Part shown: positions 30,304 through 40,041 of the stretch, piece after piece
Layout of the letters: every line of letters starts with the position of its first letter
How positions within the stretch are numbered: position 1 is the stretch's first letter
Source of the DNA: an uncultured SAR116 cluster alpha proteobacterium
GTDB taxonomy: Bacteria; Pseudomonadota; Alphaproteobacteria; Puniceispirillales; Marisalimonadaceae
Length of the DNA stretch: 64,000 bases
Direction of reading: 5' to 3'
Assembly: GCA_902514865.1 (NCBI GenBank)
Contig: CABXSI010000001.1
Location: forward strand, 228-64,227
Position numbers and translations under genes: made by a program
The notes under the pieces: model-generated
Databases searched by the model: none
Told to the model about the DNA's origin: nothing
The model's input: the letters and a program-made list of their open reading frames with translations, nothing else

Positions 30304-31095
30304 TTAATTACATCCCTTTTTTTTCATTACATTAAAATCTTTTAAAACTGCCCTAATTTTAAAATTGCCATAATTCACATAATAAGAATGAACAACACCA
30401 AATTCATCTAACTCCAAGCTAATTTCATAGTCAGGGTTTTCGGATTTAGAATTTTCCTTGTAAAAGGCTATTTTCATTGGCCAAACAATTTTATTTTTGA
30501 AATAGTCAAAACCTTTAAATTTAGAATTTCTTTTTGTACCAATAAATGCAGATACAATTTTTATATATTCTTTATCCTCATTCCCAAAAAAAACTTTTTG
30601 TGTGAATACTTTTTTTTCATTTTTTGCAGCTTCAATAAGTTTTTTCAAATGTTCTATAGGTAATAAAATATCTTTTTTGAACGATAATTGTTTAATAGAA
30701 TTATTAATTACTGAACCAGAAATATTAGTATTATTTTTTTCAACAAAACCTTGATATGAATTATCTCCATTTAATTCACTTTTTTCATTTAATTCAAAAC
30801 TATGTTTTGTACCTGAAAAATTTTCAAATGTTGAATAGCTTGAATAACTATTAGTCATTTTTTTATTAGGTAACTCATATATAAGGACATAATCTTCTTT
30901 AACATTCCAACCTTCACAATTTTCTATTATTTCAAAATAAGTTTGTCCTTGCCCACCTTCAAGGAAACTGTTTTCTTCTATATCCTCAACATTTAGTGTA
31001 TAAATAGCTTTATGTGATAAAAGCTTTATACCAAAAGATGGGCTAGAAATAATTAAAAAAGCAAACAGAAGATATATATAATTTTTAAAAAACAT
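30304..31095 (-). CDS. DUF1849/EipB-like exported protein
   Basis: Signal peptide, L.SHKAIYTL, C.GW, P.EHL..LI.AA, VFFG, WP..IAFY, PDYE...L...GV, YGNF as recalled for EipB. Confidence 0.65.
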   Translation of the reverse strand: MFFKNYIYLLFAFLIISSPSFGIKLLSHKAIYTLNVEDIEENSFLEGGQGQTYFEIIENCEGWNVKEDYVLIYELPNKKMTNSYSSYSTFENFSGTKHSFELNEKSELNGDNSYQGFVEKNNTNISGSVINNSIKQLSFKKDILLPIEHLKKLIEAAKNEKKVFTQKVFFGNEDKEYIKIVSAFIGTKRNSKFKGFDYFKNKIVWPMKIAFYKENSKSENPDYEISLELDEFGVVHSYYVNYGNFKIRAVLKDFNVMKKKGCN

Positions 31096-31137
31096 TTTAC
31101 ACCCCGTTAATAATATTTTCAGAATAAATAAGTTAGA

Positions 31138-32301
31138 TTGTTAAGTATGATCAAAATAAATAAAATAATTGTTGATAATGATACATTAAAAGAATTTATT
31201 AATAAATGTTTAAAACAAAAAGTATTAGCAATCGATACTGAATTTATTAGAGATAATACTTACTATCCTATATTATGTTTGGTTCAAATCGCAGGTGAAG
31301 ACTTTGCAGCTGCGATTGATCCACTTTCTGGGATTGATATGAAACCAATATGGGATTTACTTTCAAATGAAAAAATTTTAAAAGTTTTTCACTCTGGAAG
31401 GCAAGATATAGAAATTTTCTTGAATCTTACGGGTGAAATTCCCAAGCCAATTTATGACACCCAAATAGCAGCAATGTTTTGTGGATTAGGGGACCAAGTT
31501 GGTTATGAGAAGTTAGTGGACAGGTTTTTAAACTTATCTATTAATAAAGAAAATCAATTTACAAATTGGTTGCAAAGACCATTGACAAAAAGTCAATTAA
31601 ATTATGCGATTTTAGATGTTACTCATTTAATAAAAATTTTTCCATCAATTAATGAATTAATTCTAAAGGCAGGCAGACAAGAATGGGTTAGTAAAGAAAT
31701 TGAACAACTGTACAAAAAAGATTTATACATTGTAAACCCAGAAGAAGCTTGGAAAAGAATTAAAATAAAATATTCTAAATCTGAAACATTAAATATACTT
31801 AAAATTTTGGCAAAGTGGCGAGAAGATAAATGTAAACAGAGAAATATTCCTAGAAACAGATTAATTAGAGATGAAACTTTAGTAAATATATCTCTATTTA
31901 AACCTAACAGAATAGATTTATTTAATAAAATTAGAGGTATGCCTAAAAACTTCTCTGTAAGTGATTTAAATGAAATTATAAAAATAATTAAAGTTGCAGA
32001 AAAAAATGATCCTAATACTTGGCCAAAAGTATGTAAATTTAATAAAAAATCTAACATAGATAAATGTAGTTTAGAATTATTAAAACTTTTACTCTTATAT
32101 TGCTCCCAAGAAAGTGGAGTAGCCGAAAAATTAATTGCTAACACAGCTGATCTTAAATCTATCTTAGATGGTAAAACAGAAGGACTAAAGGTGTTTGAAG
32201 GATGGCGGTATGACGTTTTTGGTAAAGTTGTAGATTTATTATTAGAAGGTAAATTAGGATTTACCATTGAAAATTATAAAGTTAAAAAAATAAATTTTTA
32301 A
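31138..32301 (+). CDS. rnd: Ribonuclease D
   Basis: AIDTEF...TYYP.LCLVQ, KVFHSGRQD, DTQIAA, W..RPL...Q..YA..DV, HRDC domain; ATG at 31147 is an alternative start. Confidence 0.95.
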   Translation: MLSMIKINKIIVDNDTLKEFINKCLKQKVLAIDTEFIRDNTYYPILCLVQIAGEDFAAAIDPLSGIDMKPIWDLLSNEKILKVFHSGRQDIEIFLNLTGEIPKPIYDTQIAAMFCGLGDQVGYEKLVDRFLNLSINKENQFTNWLQRPLTKSQLNYAILDVTHLIKIFPSINELILKAGRQEWVSKEIEQLYKKDLYIVNPEEAWKRIKIKYSKSETLNILKILAKWREDKCKQRNIPRNRLIRDETLVNISLFKPNRIDLFNKIRGMPKNFSVSDLNEIIKIIKVAEKNDPNTWPKVCKFNKKSNIDKCSLELLKLLLLYCSQESGVAEKLIANTADLKSILDGKTEGLKVFEGWRYDVFGKVVDLLLEGKLGFTIENYKVKKINF

Positions 32302-32307
32302 TTAGAA

Positions 32308-33024
32308 TTAAATTTCATAAAGTATAGTTTTTATGATTTTATAACTAATTTTTTTTTTCGTTTCTAAAGAATAAATATCAAGTTTATCAATTACTTTAAT
32401 AACACTATCAAAATTTCTATCTATTCTTTCTAGTATATATATAAGTTGTTTGTCATCTATAAATATTTTTTTATCGTTTGAATATTTAACCATAAAGGAA
32501 TATAAGAGTACATCATCTGGTAATTTTATTTTACAACAAATTAAACTGCGTATTCTTGAATTTAAATCATCGAGTTTCCAATCCATCTTTGAAGGTGACA
32601 AATTTGATAAAAATAAAACTGAACCTTCTTGATATGTTACTCTGTTTAAAAAATGCATAACTAATTCTGATGGATATTGTTCACCAGGAATAAAATCATC
32701 TATTATAAATTTTTTACCTTCATATATTTCATCTAAATTAAAGCTAGATAAAGAAGATAAATATTCACACCGGTTATGTTCTTTAAATATATAAGACAAA
32801 TGCGTTTTACCTGAACCTTTTGGACCAAAGATAATAGCTGCTGGAATAGAATTTATTTTTGTTTTATTTTGCCAAAAAGATGAATTCTCTATCAACCTAA
32901 CAGCTTCTTCATTACATTTTGAAATAATAAAGTTTTCTCTATTCTTTATTGTTTTAAAAGTTAATGGCAGTGCCATTTGTTTATTAAAAATATATCTATC
33001 AATATTTCTTATTTTTGAAGTCAT
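32308..33024 (-). CDS. hdaA: DnaA regulatory inactivator HdaA-like AAA+ protein
   Basis: Clamp-binding-like QMALPL, Walker A GPKGSGKT, IIDD, arginine finger DLNSRI; next to AI-2E and purM. Confidence 0.8.
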   Translation of the reverse strand: MTSKIRNIDRYIFNKQMALPLTFKTIKNRENFIISKCNEEAVRLIENSSFWQNKTKINSIPAAIIFGPKGSGKTHLSYIFKEHNRCEYLSSLSSFNLDEIYEGKKFIIDDFIPGEQYPSELVMHFLNRVTYQEGSVLFLSNLSPSKMDWKLDDLNSRIRSLICCKIKLPDDVLLYSFMVKYSNDKKIFIDDKQLIYILERIDRNFDSVIKVIDKLDIYSLETKKKISYKIIKTILYEI

Positions 33025-33037
33025 ACATCTAATGTCA

Positions 33038-34051
33038 TTAAGATAGTTTTATAAAATAGTATCTTACTATAACACCTAAAACCGCCGCAACAGGGAGAGA
33101 TATCAATACTCCAACAAAACCTGATAAAAAAGCACCTGTTGATAAGGCAAATATAATCCAAATTGGACTCAACTTTATTGCATCTCCAACTAATTTTGGT
33201 GTTAAGTAATAACTCTCAAGTAATTGTCCAAATACGAAAATTAATAATATTATTGTTAGCTCAAAAGATACCCCAAATTGTGAAAAACCCAAAATTAGAG
33301 TTAGCCCTCCTCCTAAAAAAGCGCCTACAAAAGGTACAAAAGATATAATCCCTGCAAAAATACCAAGCATAATTCCAAATTCTATGCCTACTAAAAATAA
33401 TGCTATTGCATAAAAAATTGATAAAGTAAGACATACTAAACCTTGACCACGTATAAATTTTGATAAAACGTTATCTATCTCTTTTATTAGAATTGGGAAA
33501 TCTTCAAAATGAGATTTATCTGCAAATTCATATAAAAAAAGTTTTATTTTATTAAACTGTAAACTCATATAAAATGTTATGATAAATATTAAGATAATAT
33601 TGAACACACCATTAAAAAGTTCTATTCCATTAGTTATTAAATTATTACCAGAGTTCACAATATTGCTAGATAATGGTTTAAAAAAACTTGTATAATCTAA
33701 ATTTTTTATTTTTTCACTAAATAGATATTTATCATTAATTTTTATTATAAGATCTTTAGCATAACTGACGTATTCTGGTAAAACAGTAATAAAATTTTGT
33801 ATTTGGTGTAAAATAATTGGTGAAATTAAAATTAAAACAGAGAGAAAACCTAAAACAAAAATTATTACAGATAAAAAACTTGAAAATGTTTTATTCATAT
33901 ATTTGTCTAATAATATTTTCAATGGATTTACTAAATAAGCAATTATAAAAGCTATTGCAAATGGAGTTAAAACCTCAAATAAGTATATTATTATAAATAA
34001 TAATAAGATTATAAATGTATAAAGATAAATTTTTTTTGAAAAGTCATACAT
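33038..34051 (-). CDS. AI-2E (PerM) family transporter
   Basis: L.PF..A...AYL.NP, FIRGQ, SFVPFVG, E...LTPKLVG, P.WII.AL, LPVAA. Confidence 0.9.
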   Translation of the reverse strand: MYDFSKKIYLYTFIILLLFIIIYLFEVLTPFAIAFIIAYLVNPLKILLDKYMNKTFSSFLSVIIFVLGFLSVLILISPIILHQIQNFITVLPEYVSYAKDLIIKINDKYLFSEKIKNLDYTSFFKPLSSNIVNSGNNLITNGIELFNGVFNIILIFIITFYMSLQFNKIKLFLYEFADKSHFEDFPILIKEIDNVLSKFIRGQGLVCLTLSIFYAIALFLVGIEFGIMLGIFAGIISFVPFVGAFLGGGLTLILGFSQFGVSFELTIILLIFVFGQLLESYYLTPKLVGDAIKLSPIWIIFALSTGAFLSGFVGVLISLPVAAVLGVIVRYYFIKLS

Positions 34052-34071
34052 ATTTGCAACCTCAATATAGC

Positions 34072-35412
34072 TTAATAAACAAGCGTGTATTGTCTAGAAT
34101 TTAAATTCTTGAATGTTAATTTTTTTTCATTTGCAGCCTGAAAAAAAGTTTTTTTATTGCCCATGAATTTAACGATCAGTCTTCCTCGTTTTTCTGTGAT
34201 AGAAACTACCATAACTTCAATAACAAATGGTAGATTTTCTAATTTTTTAAGAACCATAGGCCATACACTTACATCTTTCTGATTTACAGCAATATTCTTT
34301 TTATATTTTAATTGCTTTGAAGAGCTAAACATACTTCTTGTAATATTTTGAAAACTGTTGAATGTTTTATTTTTATAAAAAATAATTTCGTTTTCTATTT
34401 CAAGTAGTCCTGTATCAAGAAATCCTTTGGTTGATTTCACATATACTTCTTTATCGTTAAATAATAATTCATTTTCAAGTTTAGAAGACAATATAGAAGT
34501 AATTGGTATTACTAAATCTACTTCATTTAAAATGCTGGTATCAATTAAATTATTTTCTTTCCAGTTTTTTTCAATTGAACTAATTATTTTTAAAATCTCT
34601 TTTGTTATTAAAGTTGGATCAATATTATATATAGAAAAAGTTTTCTTAAGAGGAGTTTTATTTCTATAAACTGTGTTAACTAATTTTCCATTAAGATTGT
34701 AATATTTGGCATAGGTATTTAAATAAGTTTTCCCATTTGTTTGCAAAATAGGTTCAGCTATTACAATTAATAAAGAATTAGTTTTTTCATTTTTAATTAA
34801 TTTATTAATAAGATTTGTGTTAGAATTTAGTAGAAGATTAGCACTTAGAATTCTATTTAACTGAAAGTTGCCTTGGGCAAGTTTTAGTTTGACTAATCCG
34901 TCAACTGATTTTAAATTTTTTTTCCACTTTTTATACCATTCATCTTTTTCGTCCCACATTACAAATCCTCTAGGTCCTTTAAATATTGGCAGAATAGAAA
35001 TAGGTTCTCTGTAAGTTTCAGAATATTTTAGCTTATTTTTACGAAAAAAATTAATTACTAAGTTTCTATTAAAACAAATGTCAAAATTCGCTAAATATCT
35101 TTTATCACTATTAGCTTCATTATTAATTTTCAAATAATCAACCAAAGTAGAAATTTCATTTTTTTTAAATTTTATATTATTATTTTCTAAAATCAGTCTA
35201 TTAATCAGCCTTCCTATACCTAATAATTTTGCTTGATTTTCAGCTTGAAACCTTGCTTCATTAATAGATGCTTTTGTTAAATCAACGTTTATATTACTCA
35301 CATAAAACGATGAATTCTGACAATCCTCATTTATTGAGGCAAAAGGTGTGGAAACAGAAAAAAATATTTTGAAAATTACAGTAAGAATTATTTTTAAGTA
35401 AATAGGCGACAT
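34072..35412 (-). CDS. Exported conserved hypothetical protein (DUF2066-like) with an internal inserted module
   Basis: Signal peptide, V..I.VD....S...AR..A, Y.A..D..F, LPIF, WK..N motifs; divergent from purM as recalled for other alphaproteobacteria. Confidence 0.6.
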   Translation of the reverse strand: MSPIYLKIILTVIFKIFFSVSTPFASINEDCQNSSFYVSNINVDLTKASINEARFQAENQAKLLGIGRLINRLILENNNIKFKKNEISTLVDYLKINNEANSDKRYLANFDICFNRNLVINFFRKNKLKYSETYREPISILPIFKGPRGFVMWDEKDEWYKKWKKNLKSVDGLVKLKLAQGNFQLNRILSANLLLNSNTNLINKLIKNEKTNSLLIVIAEPILQTNGKTYLNTYAKYYNLNGKLVNTVYRNKTPLKKTFSIYNIDPTLITKEILKIISSIEKNWKENNLIDTSILNEVDLVIPITSILSSKLENELLFNDKEVYVKSTKGFLDTGLLEIENEIIFYKNKTFNSFQNITRSMFSSSKQLKYKKNIAVNQKDVSVWPMVLKKLENLPFVIEVMVVSITEKRGRLIVKFMGNKKTFFQAANEKKLTFKNLNSRQYTLVY

Positions 35413-35537
35413 TAAATAAGTACCTGATTTTTTTTAATTGATATGTAAGTATAACATCGATATATCAATATATAAATCTAAGATTAATTTTCATTTAATA
35501 TTAGTCGAAATGACTAATTAATAAAAATAACATTAAA

Positions 35538-36614
35538 ATGGCAAAAAAACCAAATAACATTACCGATAAATCAATAACTTACTTGGACTCAGGTGTGAAT
35601 ATTGATGAAGGAAATAATCTTATTTCTGAAATTTCTCATATTACAAAAAGTACTGCTATAAAGGGTGCTACAGGTGAATTGGGAGGATTTGGTGGATTAT
35701 TTGATTTAAAAAAATCTGGATTTCAAGATCCCATTCTTGTTTCAAGTACAGATGGGGTTGGAACTAAATTAAAATTAGCTATTAAAACCAAGTCATATTT
35801 TAATATTGGTATTGATTTAGTAGCTATGTGTGCAAATGACGTATTAGCACAAGGAGCCGTACCACTTTTTTTCATGGATTACTATGCTACAGGTAAGTTA
35901 GATAAAAATATAGCAATAGAAGTTATTAAAGGAATAGCAGAAGGTTGCAAGCAATCTAAATGCGCTCTTATTGGAGGTGAAACAGCTGAAATGCCTGGGC
36001 ATTATGAAAATAAAAATTTTGACTTGGCTGGCTTTTGTGTTGGTGCTGTAGAAAGAAATGACCTTTTTAATAAAAGCTCTGTTGAGAGTGGTGATTATGT
36101 TATTGGTGTGCCAAGTAGTGGAATTCATTCTAATGGTTTTTCACTTGTTAGAAAAATATTAGAGACTCATTCGATTAATATATTTCAAAAAGCTGAATTT
36201 GATAAAACAAAAATACTTGCTGATATATTGATGGAACCTACAATGTTATACACAGAGGCATTTTTAGCAGGAAACAAAAACCAAGCGATAAAGTCTATAA
36301 GTCATATAACTGGTGGAGGCTTGATAGAAAACCCTCCAAGAGCATTCAATTCCAATCTGTCAATAAAATTTGATATGAAGAATTATGAACTTCCACCATT
36401 ATTTAAATGGCTTCAAACCAAAGCTAATATCTCGCTTTTGGAGTTAGCAAAAACTTTTAACTGCGGAATTGGGCTCTTAATTTTTGTAAATAAAAAAAAC
36501 AAAGAGACAGTAATTACTAACTTAAACGAGGCTGGTTATAATTCATTTATAATTGGTAGAATGATAGAAAACACATCGAATAGAAGTGTTTTATTTGATG
36601 GATGGGATATTTAA
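35538..36614 (+). CDS. purM: Phosphoribosylformylglycinamidine cyclo-ligase
   Basis: TY..SGVNI, GGFGGLFD, DGVGTK, GGETAEMPG, SSGIHSNGFS, HITGGG. Confidence 0.98.
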   Translation: MAKKPNNITDKSITYLDSGVNIDEGNNLISEISHITKSTAIKGATGELGGFGGLFDLKKSGFQDPILVSSTDGVGTKLKLAIKTKSYFNIGIDLVAMCANDVLAQGAVPLFFMDYYATGKLDKNIAIEVIKGIAEGCKQSKCALIGGETAEMPGHYENKNFDLAGFCVGAVERNDLFNKSSVESGDYVIGVPSSGIHSNGFSLVRKILETHSINIFQKAEFDKTKILADILMEPTMLYTEAFLAGNKNQAIKSISHITGGGLIENPPRAFNSNLSIKFDMKNYELPPLFKWLQTKANISLLELAKTFNCGIGLLIFVNKKNKETVITNLNEAGYNSFIIGRMIENTSNRSVLFDGWDI

Positions 36615-36719
36615 TTTCTGTTAAAATATATTTAAACTTGTAATATTATTACAGCAATTTGATATCATATAAATTAATCAAGTTGCTTTATGAATATTTA
36701 TAAATTTAAGGAGTGAGTT

Positions 36720-36848
36720 GTGAGTAATAAAATTGACAAAGAAACACAAGAACATAAATTATTCTACGAAAATTTTTTAAAATATACTACTTATAGCACA
36801 GTAATTGTGATTGCAATTGTTGCATTAATGGCAATATTTTTAGTTTGA
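36720..36848 (+). CDS. aa3-type cytochrome c oxidase subunit IV-like small membrane protein (not in the ORF track)
   Basis: GTG start after an AAGGAG SD; MSNKIDKETQEHKLFYENFLKYTTYSTVIVIAIVALMAIFLV matches the recalled EH..TY..F + single TM ending LMA.FL pattern. Confidence 0.75.
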   Translation: MSNKIDKETQEHKLFYENFLKYTTYSTVIVIAIVALMAIFLV

Positions 36849-36851
36849 AAA

Positions 36852-37274
36852 TTAATAGATTAACTCAATCTCAGCAAAAAAAAATGATATTTCAGATTTT
36901 GCATTTTCAAGACTGTCAGAGCCATGAACAGAATTGGCTTCAATGCTCTCTGCAAACTCATTTCTGATTGTACCTTTTTCTGCATCTTTTGGATTAGTTG
37001 CTCCCATAACTTCTCTATTTATCCTCACAGCATTTTCACCTCTTAGCACCTGAGCAATTACAGGACCTGAAATCATAAAATTAACTAAATCGTTAAAAAA
37101 TGGTCTATCTTTGTGAATTTCGTAAAATTTTTGAGCCATGTCCTTTGTCAATTGTAATCGTTTTTGTGCAATTATATTTAAACCAGCTTGTTCAAATTTA
37201 GCATTTATGGATCCAGATAGATTTCGTCTTGTAGCATCTGGTTTGATTATGGATAAGGTATTTTCAATTTTCAT
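36852..37274 (-). CDS. ndk: Nucleoside-diphosphate kinase
   Basis: [27 protein letters not shown]; ATG 37274 follows GGAG. Confidence 0.97.
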   Translation of the reverse strand: MKIENTLSIIKPDATRRNLSGSINAKFEQAGLNIIAQKRLQLTKDMAQKFYEIHKDRPFFNDLVNFMISGPVIAQVLRGENAVRINREVMGATNPKDAEKGTIRNEFAESIEANSVHGSDSLENAKSEISFFFAEIELIY

Positions 37275-37363
37275 ATTATTCTCCAAAGTTTTTATTAGTA
37301 TATGTATAAGAATAAAAATTAACGTGTTTAATAAATGTATTTAATGATACATATCAAAAAATA

Positions 37364-38830
37364 CTAATAATTTTTAACTAAGTGGTACAACATTTTAACT
37401 CCCCATCCTACACCACCATATGGAACTGAAGGCGAAGATTTATTTTTCCATGTAACACCAGCAATATCTAAATGAGCCCATGGGGTTTTTTTAACATGTC
37501 TTTTTAAAAAACAAGCTGCTGTAATAGATCCTGCACCAGCTCCTCCAATATTTTTCATATCTGCAATCTCTGTTTTTAATAATTGATCGTAATCATCGTC
37601 CATAGGCATTTCCCAAACCTTTTCTCCAGTAATCTCACCTGCATCAAAAATAGCTTTAGAAACATCTTTATTATTGGAAAACAAACCTGCCCTTGCATTA
37701 CCAAGAGCAACAATCATAGCTCCGGTTAATGTAGCTAAATCTATAATAAACTTTGGTTTATATTTTTTTTCAGTCCAAGAAAGCATATCAGCTAATACTA
37801 GTCTTCCTTCTGCATCAGTGTTTAAAACTTCAATTGTTTGCCCTGAAACTGACTTAACAACATCTCCAGGTCGTTGCGCATCGCCATCAGGCATATTTTC
37901 TACAAGTCCTATTACACCAATTACATTTTGTTTAACTTTAGATAAAGCTGCAGTTTCAATTAATCCTGTTACTGTTGCTGCACCACCCATATCCCATTTC
38001 ATGTCCTCCATCGACTTTGATGGTTTTAAAGATAGTCCGCCTGAATCAAAACATACACCTTTACCAACAAACAGCATAGGAGAGGATGCTTTTTTCCCAC
38101 CAAACCATTCCATAACGACAACTCTACTATCTTTTCTTGAGCCTCGCCCGACTGCTAATAATGCTTCCATACCAAGTTTTTCTAATTGTTTCTCATTATA
38201 TACAGTAACCTTAACACCAATTTTTTTAAGTTTTTTACATTCATTAGCAAAAGTTGACGGGTAAAGTATGTTTGGTGGTTGCCAAACAAGATCTCTAGCG
38301 GTAAAAACGCCATTAGCAATATTTCTAATCTCTTGTATGTTTTGTGAATGCATTTTTGGTTCATTACAAATAAATGTAACATTTTTAATATCAATAATGT
38401 CTTTTGTAATGTTTTTTTTATAGTTAGAAAATTTGTATGAACCTAATAAAATACCTAGGGCAATCTGTTTGTTTATATCTAGATTATTTTCAAAAATTCT
38501 AACTTCAGAACATCCTATAGACTTAGTATTATTAAATATACTTCCACCAAGGTCTTCTAAATATTTATGCGTTAAGTGGTTGTCGTGATCTTTTCTCTTA
38601 ATTAGAAGAAACATGCCCTTTTCAGACCTAACAATACAGATATTTTCTGAATTATTTTCAGTCATTTTTTTTAAAAAAGTGATTAGATTTTTATCTTTAG
38701 AAAAATCTTTCGATATTAAAGAATTTGTTTTTGAATAAAATAAGACATTTACTGTATGATTGTTATTAAATTTCAAATTATCTTTGTTATTTTCACATTT
38801 AAATTTAATAAACCTACTATTAACAGACAT
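37364..38830 (-). CDS. pepA: Leucyl aminopeptidase (M17)
   Basis: VGKGVCFDSGG, MKWDMGG, NTDAEGRLVLAD, ATLTGA, HLDIAG; ATG 38830 follows AAGGA. Confidence 0.96.
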   Translation of the reverse strand: MSVNSRFIKFKCENNKDNLKFNNNHTVNVLFYSKTNSLISKDFSKDKNLITFLKKMTENNSENICIVRSEKGMFLLIKRKDHDNHLTHKYLEDLGGSIFNNTKSIGCSEVRIFENNLDINKQIALGILLGSYKFSNYKKNITKDIIDIKNVTFICNEPKMHSQNIQEIRNIANGVFTARDLVWQPPNILYPSTFANECKKLKKIGVKVTVYNEKQLEKLGMEALLAVGRGSRKDSRVVVMEWFGGKKASSPMLFVGKGVCFDSGGLSLKPSKSMEDMKWDMGGAATVTGLIETAALSKVKQNVIGVIGLVENMPDGDAQRPGDVVKSVSGQTIEVLNTDAEGRLVLADMLSWTEKKYKPKFIIDLATLTGAMIVALGNARAGLFSNNKDVSKAIFDAGEITGEKVWEMPMDDDYDQLLKTEIADMKNIGGAGAGSITAACFLKRHVKKTPWAHLDIAGVTWKNKSSPSVPYGGVGWGVKMLYHLVKNY

Positions 38831-38935
38831 ATTATTTCCTTTAATCAAATCAGGTCTTTTGTATTAACATAAATAAGATATATTAATAAAAATATTTTAA
38901 AATAATTAATTTTAGTTTTCTGATAATATTTATTT

Positions 38936-40018
38936 ATGATTTTAACAAGATATATATTTAAACAAACGTCTAAAAGTGTTTTTGTTTCTACATGTGTTCT
39001 TTTAGGAGTGATTTGGCTTAGTCAATCATTCAGAAGTATAAATTTAATAATTGAAAAAGGAGCTAATCTTACTGATTTTTTCATTTTATCATTATTTAGT
39101 ATGCCAAGTTGGTTAATAATAGCTCTACCTTTTGGTACATTCGCTGGTTGTATGATTTCTTATTTAAAACTGCAAAACGATAAAGAAATTGTAGTAATGA
39201 AATCAGCTGGGATAAGCCCTTTCAAAATAAGTAAACCAGCACTTTTGGTGGCCTTAGTTTCGTCTACAACTTTATTCATAATATCCCACTTTATTCTACC
39301 CAAAACATATGCTAATTTTAAGACATTACAAAATGAAATCAGAAATAATAATCAAGAATTTATTTTTAAAGATAATGTTTTTATAAATGTTAATAGAAAT
39401 CAAACAATATTTATAGGTAAAATTTCTGAAAATAATCTATTAGAAGAGATATTTATCCAAGATAAAACTGATAGTTCAAATATAGTCGAATATTTTTCGA
39501 AAAGTGGAAATGTATACATAGACGACGTTATAAATTTAAGAATGATTCAAGGAACTAGAATATCAACTGATCAAAAGGGTCGTTCAACTATTTTAAATTT
39601 TGACAATTATAATTTGATAGTGCAGGAAGATAGAAAAAAATCGGTTAGTAGTAGAGTTGTTGAATATAATGAATTTAGTTTTTTCGAACTATTAGAAAAA
39701 GCAGAAACAAAACCCTCAAATCATGGAAAATTGTTAGCAGAAGCTCATACAAGAAATACTATAATTTTCATGCCTATTATTTTCGCTTTAATTGTGATGT
39801 TGACAATACTTAATGATAATTATTCAAAATTATTTAAAACATACAGAAAAACTTTTGCAATTGGATTTGTTTTCATAGTACAAACTTTAGTTATAATTTT
39901 AAAAAATGCAGTGCACAGTGATATCTTTCTATTGCCATTAATGTATTTATTTCCAACTTCTGTTTTATTTTTCTGCGTTATTTTATTGAGCAAAAAAATA
40001 AATACCTATAAAGGTTAA
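38936..40018 (+). CDS. lptF: LPS export ABC permease LptF
   Basis: RYIFKQ, WLSQS, L..D.E..VMKSAGISP, TM-periplasmic-TM layout; paired with lptG. Confidence 0.85.
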   Translation: MILTRYIFKQTSKSVFVSTCVLLGVIWLSQSFRSINLIIEKGANLTDFFILSLFSMPSWLIIALPFGTFAGCMISYLKLQNDKEIVVMKSAGISPFKISKPALLVALVSSTTLFIISHFILPKTYANFKTLQNEIRNNNQEFIFKDNVFINVNRNQTIFIGKISENNLLEEIFIQDKTDSSNIVEYFSKSGNVYIDDVINLRMIQGTRISTDQKGRSTILNFDNYNLIVQEDRKKSVSSRVVEYNEFSFFELLEKAETKPSNHGKLLAEAHTRNTIIFMPIIFALIVMLTILNDNYSKLFKTYRKTFAIGFVFIVQTLVIILKNAVHSDIFLLPLMYLFPTSVLFFCVILLSKKINTYKG

Positions 40019-40041
40019 TATTATTAAATGATTTATATTCC

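Noticed and set aside
31623-32267. 214-aa antisense ORF within rnd (likewise 37674-38264 in pepA, 59978-60403, 22933-23334 and other short ORF-track entries)
   Set aside because: Shadow ORFs opposite well-supported genes; no motifs or RBS; expected from codon bias.
35500-35518. Inverted repeat ATTAGTC-GAAAT-GACTAAT upstream of purM
   Set aside because: Only 7 bp and AT-rich; no recognisable riboswitch or operator consensus.
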